From Eledone cirrhosa (taxonomy: Eukaryota): 64,000 nt of DNA. Within the stretch, counting starts at the first letter, position 1. Every line of letters starts with the position of its first letter. Below the pieces are notes generated by a model. That model did not search any database and was not told where the DNA came from. It saw only the letters and a list, made by a program, of their open reading frames with translations. Below, in pieces: positions 1-12,147 of the stretch. The stretch is taken from NCBI GenBank assembly GCA_964016885.1, contig OZ024741.1, forward strand, positions 227,726,001-227,790,000. Reading direction: 5' to 3'. The position numbers and the translations under genes are program-made.

Positions 1-210
1 CTCTACTTGAAATACTCACTCTTTACAACTCCCTCCTACTTGCCGCCTTGATTTTTCACGGTGCCCGCTGGTCCTTATCGTAAATTTCTGTTACGATAAA
101 AACTAATACTCCCCTCACCCACAAGTTAATGTATTTCCTTTCAACGACATCTTCTCCTTTCTGGTCGTCCCGGCTTGATTATTTTCCTTTTCTTTCTCTT
201 CTTCCCTGTT

Positions 211-323
211 AATTTCTTTCTGATGAAATGCGATAAGTCTAACGTAATGTAATTGAGCATTGCACTATGCAGTCAGTGAATGTAGATGGTTATGTAATCG
301 TACAGAAACGTGTTATAGATAAT
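211..323 (+). ncRNA. Degenerate type I hammerhead-like motif (probable PLE pseudo-LTR end)
   Basis: CTGATGA at 220-226, partial stem II (TGCGAT..ATCGTA), GAAAC-GT-GTT at 305-314; stem I pairs poorly; followed by (CA)n/(TA)n. Confidence 0.35.
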
Positions 324-362
324 TTCTTCCTGCTTTTCTTGGTACCATACTTATACTTACTT

Positions 363-411
363 ACACACACACACACACACACACACATACACACACACAC
401 ACACACACACA

Positions 412-464
<53 letters not shown>

Positions 465-475
465 ATATATATATA
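363..475. repeat. (CA)n-(TA)n microsatellite
   Basis: Directly visible; similar tracts separate most elements in the window. Confidence 0.95.
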
Positions 476-655
476 ACAAAGGAATTGTGGTAAGGAACCA
501 GATGGACCATATCGCACCAGACTACTTAATACGTGGGAAATAGGAAAAAGTATGACCCCGACGGCAGAGCTCAAGCCGTTTCGACGTCTATTTCTGGTCC
601 AGAAATAGCTGTCGAAACGGCTTGAGCTCTGCCGTCGGGGTCATACTTTTTCCTA
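476..655. mobile_element. Fold-back mini-element, family A (PLE pLTR tail plus 3' half of HHR)
   Basis: Near-perfect palindrome 541-655 (TAGGAAAAAGTATGACCCCGACGG..CCGTCGGGGTCATACTTTTTCCTA); homologous to the ends of the PLE at 26479-29203; flanked by (TA)n. Confidence 0.8.
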
Positions 656-1004
656 TATATATAGCCGTGTGTGTGTGTGTGAGTATTACAGACTTCTGCA
701 CAGTTTCAGTGTAACAAATTCCACTCACAGGATATTGCTAAACCGAGCGATTTAGTTGTAGGTATTGAAGCTAACCACGCAGCCATGACTGTGCCTGTTA
801 TTAGATCAATGAATAATCTTAACAGACAACGAGAAAAAAAATTTTTTCTGGAAAAAACACACTCTTTTTAAACAAACAGCTTGAAAATTTTTCTTTTTTT
901 AACTCTGAAAAATGCCAGTTTTGTTTGATAAAAACAGTTTTAAAACTGAAGTTCATTTTCTTCAAATGTGTAATTGCTTTTATTTATTATTTTTATTATA
1001 ATCA

Positions 1005-1160
1005 TGGCCCTTTACGTTCTGAGTTCAGCTTTGGTTAGCTTTGCCTTTCATCCTTACGGGGTCGATAAAATCAAGCAGCAATAATGCACTGGGGTCGATT
1101 TAATCGACTTTCCCGCTCCCCAAAATTTGCTGGCCTCGTGCCTAATGTAGAAATCATTAT
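1005..1160 (+). mobile_element. tRNA-derived SINE, 5'-truncated (Nin/Deu-like core)
   Basis: GAGTTCA B-box remnant and TTTGCCTTTCATCCTTACGGGGTCGATAAAA core shared with the other copies in the window. Confidence 0.75.
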
Positions 1161-1256
1161 AATTACTTTTATGAATTTGATATCTCAATCATGATATTAT
1201 TTAACCGGAAAATTTGCCCTAATGAACATCAAGCTGCTACGTGCCGCCTCAGATAT

Positions 1257-2560
1257 TTATGACGTATCAGCGGGTCCTTGCTGTTCTAAGTAAGCATGCC
1301 TTTTAGGGTGTTCCAAAAAGGAGGCTGAGTTGTTGGTTTTTAAACAGCCTTGGAAACTCTTCGAGAGCGTATCTACCGCTTCTGTGACGTTGAGGACAAC
1401 CTTGATTTCATGACAGTCCCAAATCCTTTTCAGTTCCCAATTTAGATCCTGATGCCAGTTAATTTTCTCCTTCTCCTTTTCTTCCACTCTTGTATCAAAG
1501 GGGTAAACTACATCTATATTCAAACAAAATCCTTTTTCCTTGTCAAAAACCACCAGGTCAGACCTATTGTTTTCTAATTTTTTGTCCGTTTGTATCCCGA
1601 TCGTTTCCAATCACCGACTCTGGCTTATTCTCATACCACCTCTCAGAGTGAGGTAAATTATTCAGTTTGCATAAGTGCCACTGAGTCACCTTTCCTATGA
1701 TATCATTCCTCCATCCTTTATATTGAGTCTGGGCTATGTGTTTATACTCGGATACGTTGTGAGCCACAGCCCCACCTCTCTCTCCACATATCTTACATGG
1801 CGGACTAGCCTTCTCCTTGTCAATATGATGTTTCATCCACTTCATTCTAAGGGCTTGCAGCTCGTAGCACTCCCTCTTTATTTAACCAGTTCTATGTCTG
1901 CTAATCTCTGAATTCTGTTTTCTTCAAAACGATGCTATGAAGAGCTTTTTCATTCAGGTTGTTCCTCTCTTTCCTCTTTGTTGTTACTTCTTTCGTGGAC
2001 TTCTGCTAGTCTATTGTCTCCTCCTCAATACAGCCTTAATCATTGTCTCATCACTCTCAGACACATATTTATGTAAGCATCTCTTCTCCAACCGAATGCA
2101 GTTCTCCATGCTGATAAGACATCTTCCACCTTAAGATCTCTTCGAGTACAATCTATCAACATCATGAAACATACAATAGGTAGTCATTAATTTTCTTGTC
2201 CTTCTATCCTGTTCTTTTTGCTCGTTTACATTCGATGTAAGAATTCCTGCACTATACCTAATAATAGACACAGCTCAGGAATTTACTGCACTTATGGATT
2301 TCTACTATTCAGATGTAATTTTCTCCTTATTTATTCAGATCTTATCATCTCCTTCATTTTATTGTCCTTGATGTTATCTGCTTCCAGGACACCCAAATAC
2401 CTAAATTCCTCTTCGGTGTCGATCTCCTTTATCATCTCACCCCTTGGTGCCTCGATTCATTTGCTTTTTTTTCAATTTATCTCTCCTCATTTCTCGGACT
2501 CGACACTTATTAACACCAAATTTAATACATATATCATTGCTGAAAATACGAACAAAAATT
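1257..2560 (-). mobile_element. Old decayed Dong/R4-like RLE non-LTR retrotransposon 3' part
   Basis: Broken ORFs colinear with 9826-11478: CKICGE..H zinc knuckle, RSDLVVFDKEK..IDVVYP (PD-D/ExK-type RLE), YLGVLEAD. Confidence 0.85.
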
Positions 2561-3127
2561 ATTATTATGGATGGTGTGAACGGTAAATATGATAATTAGT
2601 GGATTTGCTACTGCCTGTTGAGTCTCAATAAGGACCTTAGACGAACATTACTTTCCTGAGTGTATATGTAGTACTTAACTGGGTCGTATTTTGTAGGAGA
2701 GCAATTTGTAATTCAAGTACATTTTGCTTAACAGATACTCAGATACACAGCTCCTATGATGACTAAAATTATCATTCGTGCAATTATATTCTGTTAATTC
2801 TTCAATTCTTTTCAATGTTATGTTGTGGTCTTCTGAGATGGTAACATTGACACCTATTTCTGAGTATAACTAATATATCAGATCTGTTGTGTTCAACTCT
2901 ACTTTCTGTTCGGATTGTGAAATATCTTGCGTTTGTCTCACATTAATGACACTTTCTGAGATATGCTGGTACCACTTATTTGACACCTGATATACTTTTC
3001 TTTTTAATTAACCAGTGACCTTGTCGAGTCTTCTTTTACACTTCTTTCGATTTAGCATTTTCTACGTGCTTCATTATTTCTACACAGAGAATATTTCACA
3101 CTTTCACCACTGTCTTTGACCACTGTC

Positions 3128-3983
3128 TTAGTACTCAATGCTTGGTCTTCTGTGGAGATCAGCACTCTCCCTTTTTAGACTGGTCGACTGGTGGTTCAGG
3201 AAGCGTTCCTTAAATCGGCCCTCCGCCATACCCACATAGGTAAGCCCGAAGCTTGTCCCCTTCAACTGCAATGCAACACACCCGCTGTAATTTATGAAGC
3301 TGTGGTCACTTCCAACCGACCAAATCAACCACAGGAGGTCAAATCCTGTGTGGGTATGGCGGAGCGCCGATTTAAGGAACGCTTCCTCAACCACCAGTCG
3401 ACCTTTAGGTACCCGGACAGACGTTCATCCACGAAACTCGCGAACCACGTATGGTCCCTCAAGGACCCAAGTATAGACTACTCCATTCAATGGAAAGCCA
3501 TCACTAAGTCCAAGCCATACGCAAGGGGAAATCCGTCGTGTGGACTATGTATTGATGAACGAATAAATATTCTAAAGAGATTATGTAATAGTGATTGCCT
3601 AAACACGAGAAATGAATTCTTCACACGTTGTCCACACGTCTCCAAACACCTCTTACATAACTACAAAGCTCCGGATTGAATCACAACATCCTAATTTTCT
3701 TATCAACTAGAAACTTTTCGAACTTTCGCAGTTATCTCCCTTACACGCCTCGCACGCTTTTTAGTATTGCCTGTGTGAGGTGACGGTTTCTGCGCATGCG
3801 CGTTCGTACGGTTGTCCTTCCTGTTCCGTATGACCATGTCCGTTACGAGCTGAGGATCCGCTAAGGTGAAACAATTGTTCTCGGTATGGTGAACTAACTG
3901 TTGTGTAACCACTTCTACCTAACTCGTCCCATGGACTGAGTGCTCTACCACTACGGATATTACCTTCCAGTGTTCTACCACTA
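3128..3983 (+). mobile_element. 5'-truncated Naiad-like PLE: GIY-YIG endonuclease, 3' UTR and pLTR, with a 5' inversion
   Basis: ORF 3191-3679 has VIY..(Y)VG..FKERF.NH..CGLC..E..LN..CPH. About 3180-3237 is an inverted copy of about 3348-3402. HHR at 3846; ends in (TA)n. Confidence 0.9.
3846..3883 (+). ncRNA. Minimal type I hammerhead ribozyme, family B
   Basis: CGAG-CTGAGGA-T-CC(gctaa)GG-T-GAA-ACAATTGT-T-CTCG; palindromic stem III, GUU site. Confidence 0.8.
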
Positions 3984-3997
3984 TATATATATATATA

Positions 3998-4137
3998 TAG
4001 GAAAAGAGTCAGGACCCCGACGGCTGAGCTCCGCCGTCGGGGTCCTGACTCTTTTCCTTTTACCCACTTTACTACCCATAGGATCGCGTACTCTGGTGCG
4101 TTATGGTCCACCTGGTTCCTACCACACTTCCTTCGTT
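3998..4137. mobile_element. Fold-back mini-element, family A
   Basis: Palindrome AGGAAAAGAGTCAGGACCCCGACGG-(CTGAGCTCCG)-CCGTCGGGGTCCTGACTCTTTTCCT centred on the HHR stem III loop, then pLTR tail; in (TA)n. Confidence 0.8.
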
Positions 4138-4205
4138 ATATATATATATATATATTGAAAGAGTAAAGAATAACATGGTCAACAGTACAAAAAAGAGTTT
4201 TATTT

Positions 4206-4319
4206 ACAGTTTAACAATTGTTTCACTGATTAAGTTGTTTAAAAATTGATGAACACTTGGAGCTGTGCCACTCAATTTTAAATACGTTGTTAGCTTAACC
4301 AGATCATCAGAGAAACTGT
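4206..4319 (-). ncRNA. Type I hammerhead with long stem II
   Basis: ACAGTTT(ct)-CTGATGA-T-CTGGTTAAG..CTTAATCAG-T-GAA-ACAATTGT-T-AAACTGT, then AATAAA; 2-nt insertion before the core. Confidence 0.7.
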
Positions 4320-4964
4320 TAAAATATGCTCAGTTTTCACAAATTCAAATTACAACATCATTAATAAAGAAAAATAGAGAAAAAAGAAAGTGAGAGAGAG
4401 AGAGAAAAACAGAAAAAGGAGAAAAGGAAAAAAGAGAACGGTATAGAGAAAAAAGACAGAGAGAAAAGAGGAGAGAAAGAGAAGAGAAAAGGATAAAGAA
4501 AAAAATATAAAAGGTAAATAAAAAAAATAAAGGGAAAAATAATATCAACAATAAATGAATAAATGCTAATAAACAAGTTACATCGAGGATGATACAAAAC
4601 AATACAAAATATGAAAATAAATAAATAAAAAATGTTTATATGTGTGAAGAAAAGTAAACATAATAAGATTATTGAGAGTAGTTGTGGTGTTGGTGGTTAA
4701 AATATAGAGATACGATGTTATAAACATGAAAATGTTAAATATATTCATGTATGTATTGGTTACTTTAATAAATTAATTAGATAATTAATTAATTATTTGA
4801 TTAATTAATTGTAAATTATATTAGAAGTGAAAATAATACGATAAGATATAATGTAAGAGATGAAATAAATTTAGGGAGAGAAATAGAAAGATAGAAAATG
4901 AAAGAGAAAAAATATAAAAGGTTATGATATTAGTTCATTGACAGTTGATGACAATAATAATAAT

Positions 4965-5167
4965 AATTGTTTCTACTTGAGGCACAAGGCCAGCAATTAC
5001 CCAGAGTGCATTACTGGTACTTTATTTTATCGACCTCATATGGATGAAAGGCAAAGTCAACCTCGGCGGGATTTGAACTCAGATCGTAAAAGGACGTAAC
5101 TATGCTGGAAAGCATGGCGTCCGACCCTCTACCGAAACTGCCAATCCACCTCTACCGATACTGCCAA
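4965..5167 (-). mobile_element. tRNA-derived SINE (Nin/Deu-like core)
   Basis: Reverse complement of the 14891-15078 copy; flanked by (TAA)n. Confidence 0.85.
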
Positions 5168-5984
5168 TAATAATAATAATGATAATAGGTTATTATAATA
5201 GATTTAAGTGGTACAATTTGAGTTATGGAATAGATGGGATGAATTAAGTTGGTCTAAAATTATCGAATTTGGTCGCCGTTTTATACCTACAGAAAATTGT
5301 TCGTTCAATTTTGCTGTTAAGTAGCATTTTGTTGTATTTTAAAATATGGAATAGTTCCATACTACAAAGTCCACAGTGGGACATGCCAATTTTATAGGCC
5401 ATTGCCGTTGATAACTTCATCCAGCTGATCCTGTATTCCTGGTATCTTTGAGCTGCCAGATTTTATTGGCGAGCGTCGTTGTATTCATAAGCTTCCTGTT
5501 ATTTATAGTGTCTGTGGACATACCCCCTTTTCTTGAACTCCCCCGCCGTCGAACCTATGTAGTGCCATGCTAAGTTGCCTGAATTTATTGTACATAGGTA
5601 CACTATATTTGACTCCAGGCATCTATTTTGTAATGGGCATTTATCAGGCAAATGACAGTTACATTTTGATGCTTTCCTGTGTGCCGGTTCCGCGATACGG
5701 TTTTGTATGTTGTTATGGATAGGCTGAGAATTGGGTTTGTTGATGTATTGTCGTGATGTGTTCTGACGTCTGTTTGGTTGTGATGATGTTATGTGTTTGT
5801 GTTTTATATTTGGTGTTATGGTACTTATTTGCGGGCTATTTGTATTAGAAATTCTCTTATAGTTAATAAATATATATGCGTGTGTGTATGAATATGTGTG
5901 CTGTTATATATGCACGTATGCATAAATATATATTATTAAGAATCGGGACACAGCGGCCGGGTTCTTGCCGTTTCAATAGCTATT

Positions 5985-6230
5985 CCCAGTGTGATGAAGC
6001 CCACTGTCACTTAGAGGAGAAGATCAACTCTAAAAAAATGTGTTCTGAAGATCGGAGAAACACACTGATCTAGTAGTGAAAATTCGTCACTCAGCTAAAT
6101 GTATCGTCTGGGCTCGCATTTCTGAGAGAGGGTTGATTGGCCCATTCTTCATCGACAAAACTGGTTTCACTGATATAGTCACAAAGGAACGCTATGTGAT
6201 GGTCTTGGAATACTTCAAAATGGAGCTGCA
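5985..6230 (+). pseudogene. Tc1/mariner-like transposase fragment
   Basis: Translates to HSAKCIVWARISERGLIGPFFID..VTKERYVMVL, a typical mariner catalytic-domain segment; frameshifted. Confidence 0.6.
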
Positions 6231-6841
6231 CAATAATGCCAAAAGATAATGAGATTTTGATCGGTGGCTTTCAATCGTTTAATCTAAATACATTTAGAGC
6301 AGAGTGTGGATGTGCAACATATTCCATTGGCAGACCACTTTTGAAGATTGAAACAACTATTAGGTCCATTAATATTTATTAAGCACTATTCCAAAGATTC
6401 ACCACAACTTCTTTCCATAACAGGGAACTGGTAAATTATAACACACATAACCCTATCAGTGAAGCCCTTTAGTATAGGTCAACTAACAGAAAATTGTATT
6501 ACGGTTACGAAAAAAATTCTAAATAAGCCTAAAAGGCAAAAATTAAAAACGTTCATCGCGGGCTACGCTGACTGACCTGGCGGGCCGGATTGAGGCCCAC
6601 GGACGCCCCTGATTTACAGTTTCGTTATGTCAGAAAATGAATAATGTAGACAAAAATAAAATGGAGCTGGTTTGTTTTGAGTCCTGGACAAATGTCCTCC
6701 ATGCTTTTTTTACTGAGAAACATATTCATCAAACATATTATATACGTTGTGTTACTTCAAATTAGTGTGCACGCACACACACGCACACACACATACACAC
6801 ACACATGAGTATATATATATATATATATTTATATATTTATA

Positions 6842-6912
<71 letters not shown>

Positions 6913-6927
6913 ATATATATTTATATA

Positions 6928-7052
6928 AAGTGTCAGGACACCGACGGCTCAGCTCCAGCCGTTTCGAGAGTTATATCCGAACTACGTCACCCTCAGTACT
7001 GAGTATTCTGGTGTGTTATGGTCCACCTGGTATCTTATGACACCCTCTTTGT

Positions 7053-7053
<1 letters not shown>
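6928..7053. mobile_element. Diverged fold-back mini-element, family A
   Basis: GTCAGGACACCGACGGCTCAGCTCCAGCCGTTTCG joined to the opposite-sense tail ..TTATGGTCCACCTGG..; between (TA)n tracts. Confidence 0.65.
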
Positions 7054-7150
<97 letters not shown>

Positions 7151-7157
7151 CGCCGAA

Positions 7158-7588
7158 TATCGTTTCCGGTATGCCCGGCCGACTAACTCACTTGATATGA
7201 AAATTAGGCTGCTCAGCCGTTAACATGCATAAGGAAAGTATATACTTTCAGATTTTCAATCATCTGGCAGAAAGGTATACGATGCTGACGATAGCTAATA
7301 AGCTTGAAACTATTACATCGTTCTTGTGTCAGTGTTGAACAAAAGGGCGACGATGATTGCCGAGTACTGTATGGCTTAATTCGGGCTGTTTGTTTACAAA
7401 CAAACCGAACATGATAATAAATGTTCAGTAAACCCATACGTACATATATATATGTGTGCATGTATGTATATATATATATACATACTACTGCGCGTCTGTA
7501 CACATATATGTATGTACGTATACATACTTATATTTAGGTATCAGTCGTATTAAGAGTGATAAATGAAATTTCGTTTCATTCTTTTCCA
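7158..7588 (+). mobile_element. Dispersed monomer of the about 425-bp HHR repeat (family D)
   Basis: Matches the units of the 23730-26422 array; HHR 7279-7321: ACGATG-CTGACGA-T-AGCT(aata)AGCT-T-GAAACTATTA-CATCGT. Confidence 0.85.
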
Positions 7589-7599
7589 TATATATATAC

Positions 7600-9200
7600 A
7601 AAACTGGCAATCTATATCAAGTGGAGCGCAGTACTTACCATCAACTGCTACATAATGCTGTAACTAAGGATTACCGTAAAACTAATCGGAGTGTCATTAA
7701 TAACATCAACGATGCTGGGTTTAAAATCACCTCTGAACTCAACATCCTCGACCGGACTGAACCTTTGGACCCTATTTCTCCCCACTTTACCCTGAAGGAT
7801 CACAAATCCAATTTTCCCAACAACCCCTCTATTCGGCTTATTAACCCTAGGAAGTCCGATTTAGCTAGACTTAATTAAAGGATTTTAGATAGAATTATAC
7901 CTGAAATTAGAAGCTTGGCCCCTCTTGCACTGTGGAACAATTCTTTCGCGGTGATTGATTGGTTCAACGACATATGCAACAAGGAACATTGCCGTTTTAT
8001 CCAATTCGACAACAATAATTACTACTCCTCCATCACTTTACAACTTCTTCTTAGAGCTATCAATTTCAGTAAAACGCCCACGGTGGTTAAGGATTTCGAA
8101 GTTGATGCCATCCTCAATACCCGTAAGTCGGTGACCACACTATTAGCTAAGATCTTTCTCTCCCTTATTAAGATGCATTTCCCACCAGCACATAAATATA
8201 ATAACATTTTTAATAGAAATATCATTAATATTTCTTAATGTATGACTCCTAACCTTGCACATAACATCACTGCTTCAAATTTAGCTAAATTACCTAGCTG
8301 TAGGAACACGTGCAACCCTGTAGCTAGTACTAACTGTAATTGTAGGAATCGGGTTGACTGCCCCCTATCTGGGAAATGCCTCTCCAGTAACATTGTCTAC
8401 AAATGTAATGTTGAAACACCCACGTCCCGTTGGGCCTACATAGGGTTAACCGCCAATAGATTCAAGCAGCGTCTTTACATGCATACCCATGCTTTTCTTA
8501 ACCCTCTAAGAAGGAATATGATGTAACTTTGAGCTTATATCTGGAGTCTAAAAGACAACCACACCCAATATAGGTTACACTGGGAGATCCTAGCTAGGGC
8601 TAGATCGTATAACGGAAATAAAAGACCATTTGACCTCTGCGCCGCTGAAGCCCTGGAAATACTCTACGCCAATGACCACATCTTAAACAAAAAGTCTGAG
8701 GCATTTTCGGCTTGTAAACATAAATTGCATAAAACTTTCCTGTATTACAACCCCTCATTATACCCTAACGGATAGTACGAATAATACGCGGATAATTTAC
8801 GTCTTGATGTGGTAGCTAAGTATATGTTATGTTTATACCATTACTTATTTGTATATTACCTGTATGTTTTGTGAAGGTACGTATACTTTCTCGTACGTAT
8901 ATTTGCTTGCAATTGTTATAGGTGTATATATTATATTATATATACTGGTACATGTGTATATGGTTATTGTGTATACTTGTATTTTGCGTCTGTGTGTGTA
9001 TGCGGGTTTGCAAGTATTTAGGGTGTGTGTATATGCGTACTTTGTGTTTTTGTTGACGTACGTTTAGCGAACATATGTGTATTTACCTGTAGGTAGGGGC
9101 GTGTGCGCGTTATATACGTATTTATTTGTGTATATTTATATAGGTTTATATAATTTTATGCATACACGCACACACACACATATATATATATATTTAATAA
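7600..9200 (+). mobile_element. Internally deleted Naiad-like PLE (same family as 17045-18660)
   Basis: Highly similar to 17390-17910 and 18515-18660, joined at GGTGA (about 8130). Continues into CNCRNRVDCPLSGKC, GIY-YIG (IVYKC..YIGLT) to about 8775, then TG-rich 3' UTR. Confidence 0.9.
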
Positions 9201-9477
9201 TAATTATATTATTTATAATTATATATACACTATATACAACTATAAACAGGAAAGATCAGTAATTCATTACTACCTTATTACCAGTAAAAAAAATAACTCA
9301 ATGTAAATACATCAGATGTTTTACAGAGCAGGAATATAAATTATACAATTCTCTTGTAATCTCCGTCACATCCATTCCAATGTAAATATGAAACTGTTGA
9401 TGACAACATTAATATCCATGTATCTATATGATTGTTCAGTTGAATAGGAAGTTAATTATATGTCCAAACTTTGCCAG

Positions 9478-9524
9478 TGCTCCGATGATTCCAAACGAAA
9501 GTTTGGAAGAAACGATTATCAGCA
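9478..9524 (+). ncRNA. Type I hammerhead, family C (CCGAUGA core)
   Basis: TGCT-CCGATGA-TTCCAAAC(GAAA)GTTTGGAA-GAA-ACGATTAT-C-AGCA, overlapping AATAAA. Confidence 0.7.
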
Positions 9525-9690
9525 ATAAAATGTTTTGAACATAGTTTTGATTATTGTGTAATTTATATTCCTGCTCTGTAAAACATCTGATGTATTTACA
9601 TTGAGCTATTTTTCTTACTGGTAATAAGGTACTTATGAATTACTGACCTTTCCTGTTTATAGTTGTATATAGTGTATATATAACTATAAA

Positions 9691-9740
<50 letters not shown>

Positions 9741-9742
<2 letters not shown>

Positions 9743-11478
9743 GTTGTTATTCCTTGAATCTCAGTCATTGATGTTGGTTAACTGGAAAGTCCGTTGGATT
9801 GAATATCAAGCCACTACCTGCAGCCTCAGATATTCAGGACGTATCGGAGGGTTCTTGCTGTTCCAAGCAAGCATGCCTTTTGAAGCGTTCCAAAAAGCGT
9901 GAAGGGGCCGATTTTCTTTAACCATCCCTGGAAACTTTTGGAGATAGTCCCCAGTGCGCCTATGACAATCGGGATCACTTTGACTTCATGGCAGTTCCAA
10001 ATCCTTTTCACCTCCCACTTTAGGTCCTGGTATCGGTTAATTTTCTCCCTCTCCTTCTCTTGCACTCTCGTGTCGAACGGGCAGGCCACATCCACAATCA
10101 GACACGATCTTTTTTCTTTGTCCACAACCACCAGGTCAGGTCTATTGTGTTCCAGTTTTTTGTCCGTCTGTATCCTAAAATCCCACAGCACCTTCACCAG
10201 ATTGTTCTCCATCACCGCCTCTGGCCTATGCTCATACCATTTCTCAGAATGTGGTAAATTGTTTACTTTGCACAGGTGCCAGTGGATCACCCTGCCCATC
10301 ACATCGTGTCTCCAGCCCTTATAGTGGGTCTGGGCTAGGTGTTTACACTCGGACACAATGTGAGCCACAGTCTCCTCTCTCTCTCCACAGACCCTGCACA
10401 GTGGGCTAGCCTCCTCCTTGTAAATATGGTGCTTCAACCACTTCGTTTTGAGGGCCTGCTCCTGCGCAGCCATTAGCATTCCTTCTGTAGCCTTTTTGAG
10501 GTCTCCTCTTCTCAACCAGTTCCATGTCTGTGGATCTCTAAATTCAGTTTTCTCAAAGAAGGTACTATGAAGGGATTTTCCCTTAAGGCTGCTCTTCCTC
10601 CTTGATATTATTTCCTCCTTGGACATCCCCTGGCCTACTGTCCCCTCCTTCAGTACAGTTCTGAGCATTGGCTCCTTACTATAGGTCACGTATTTGTATA
10701 GGTTGTTTTTCTCCATCTGAACACAGTCCTCTATGCTGATAAGACCTCTTCCACCCTCAGATCTCCTTAGGTAGAGTCTATCGACATCACCCCTCTTGTG
10801 GAACATGTTGTAGATAGTCAATAGCTTCCTAGTCTTCCTATCCATTTCTTTTTGTTCAGCAACATTCCATCTCAGAATTCCCGCACTGTACCTAATAATA
10901 GACACAGCTCGGAAATTTACTGCGCTTATGGCATTTCTGCTGTTCAGATGTGACTTCAATACGCTCCTTACTCTCCGAATGTATTCAGTTCTTAACAATT
11001 CCTTCATTTTTTTGTTCTTTATGCCATCAGCCTCCAGAACGCCCAAATACTTGTATCCTTCCTCAGAGTCAATTTCCTTTATCATCTCACCTGTTGGTAT
11101 CTGGATTCCGTTACTTCTGCTCAACCTACCCCTCCTCATCACAATGACTCCACATTTACCAATACCAAACTGCATACATATATCACTGCCGAAAATACGG
11201 ACAGTGTCAACAAGCACATCCAACTCCTTCTCACTTTTCCCGAAGAGCTTAAGATCGTCCATGAAGAGGAGGTGATTGATGGTAAGCTCTCCCCTTCCCA
11301 ACTTGTATCCTGCTCTCACTTTTCGCAGCATAATGGTCAAGGGCATCAGGGCAAGGACAAAAAACAGAGGGGACAGGCTATCTCCCTGGAAGATACCTCT
11401 CTTGATCTTCACGCTTCCCAAGGATACTCCAGTTGATGTCAACTCTGTCTCCCAGGACCCCATACTCCTGCCTAGCAA

Positions 11479-11479
<1 letters not shown>
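9741..11479 (-). mobile_element. Young 5'-truncated Dong/R4-like RLE LINE in (TAA)n
   Basis: Uninterrupted ORF, short 3' UTR ending GGAATAACAACAATAAT; (TAA)n on both sides. Confidence 0.92.
9826..11478 (-). CDS. RT C-terminal half, CCHC zinc knuckle and restriction-like endonuclease (N-truncated)
   Basis: GIFQGDSLSP, HLLFMDDLKL, YKYLG, CRVC..ETVAHIVSEC, RHD, RPDLVV..IVDVACP..EK..Y motifs. Confidence 0.93.
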   Translation of the reverse strand: MLGRSMGSWETELTSTGVSLGSVKIKRGIFQGDSLSPLFFVLALMPLTIMLRKVRAGYKLGRGELTINHLLFMDDLKLFGKSEKELDVLVDTVRIFGSDICMQFGIGKCGVIVMRRGRLSRSNGIQIPTGEMIKEIDSEEGYKYLGVLEADGIKNKKMKELLRTEYIRRVRSVLKSHLNSRNAISAVNFRAVSIIRYSAGILRWNVAEQKEMDRKTRKLLTIYNMFHKRGDVDRLYLRRSEGGRGLISIEDCVQMEKNNLYKYVTYSKEPMLRTVLKEGTVGQGMSKEEIISRRKSSLKGKSLHSTFFEKTEFRDPQTWNWLRRGDLKKATEGMLMAAQEQALKTKWLKHHIYKEEASPLCRVCGEREETVAHIVSECKHLAQTHYKGWRHDVMGRVIHWHLCKVNNLPHSEKWYEHRPEAVMENNLVKVLWDFRIQTDKKLEHNRPDLVVVDKEKRSCLIVDVACPFDTRVQEKEREKINRYQDLKWEVKRIWNCHEVKVIPIVIGALGTISKSFQGWLKKIGPFTLFGTLQKACLLGTARTLRYVLNI

Positions 11480-11510
<31 letters not shown>

Positions 11511-11511
<1 letters not shown>

Positions 11512-12035
11512 GTTGTTATTCCTTGAATCTCAGTCATTGATGTTGGTTAACTGGAAAGTCCGTTGGATTGAATATCAAGCCACTACCTGCAGCCTCAGAT
11601 ATTCAGGACGTATCGGAGGGTTCTTGCTGTTCCAAGCAAGCATGCCTTTTGAAGCGTTCCAAAAAGCGTGAAGGGGCCGATTTTCTTTAACCATCCCTGG
11701 AAACGTTTGGAGATAGTCCCCAGTGCGCCTATGACAATCGGGATCACTTTGACTTCATGGCAGTTCCAAATCCTTTTCACCTCCCACTTTAGGTCCTGGT
11801 ATCGGTTAATTTTCTCCCTCTCCTTCTCTTGCACTCTCGTGTCGAACGGACAGGCCACATCCACAATCAGACACGATCTTTTTTCTTTGTCCACAACCAC
11901 CAGGTCAGGTCTATTGTGTTCCAGTTTTTTGTCCGTCTGTATCCTAAAATCCCACAGCACCTTCACCTGATTGTTCTCCATCACCGCCTCTGGCCTATGC
12001 TCATACCATTTCTCAGAATGTGGTAAATTGTTTAC

Positions 12036-12037
<2 letters not shown>
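11511..12037 (-). mobile_element. Second, shorter Dong/R4-like copy (RLE domain and 3' UTR only)
   Basis: Only a few substitutions relative to 9741-10268; (TAA)n on both sides. Confidence 0.92.
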
Positions 12038-12108
<71 letters not shown>

Positions 12109-12147
12109 GCTTCATACTGTTGAGCTAACATACATTAAATTACCAGT

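Larger units (their letters stand above)
4156..5860 (-). mobile_element. Decayed Naiad-like PLE 3' part (Cys linker, GIY-YIG at about 5255-5670, 3' UTR, HHR)
   Basis: Manual minus-strand translation: KCNCHLPDKCPLQNRCLESNIVY..YIGSTAGEFKKR..TTLANKIWQLKD..CGLCSMELFHIL..LLNSK. Confidence 0.85.

Noticed and set aside
688-797. Possible decayed SINE of another family
   Set aside because: Resemblance from memory only; too degenerate to support from this window.
6555-6612. GC-rich GGGCC/GGCCC cluster ending CCCCTG, like a hAT terminus
   Set aside because: No partner terminus or 8-bp TSD found.
11595-12131. Poly-Asn N-terminus on the RLE ORF
   Set aside because: Read-through of the flanking (AAT)n target, not a real domain.
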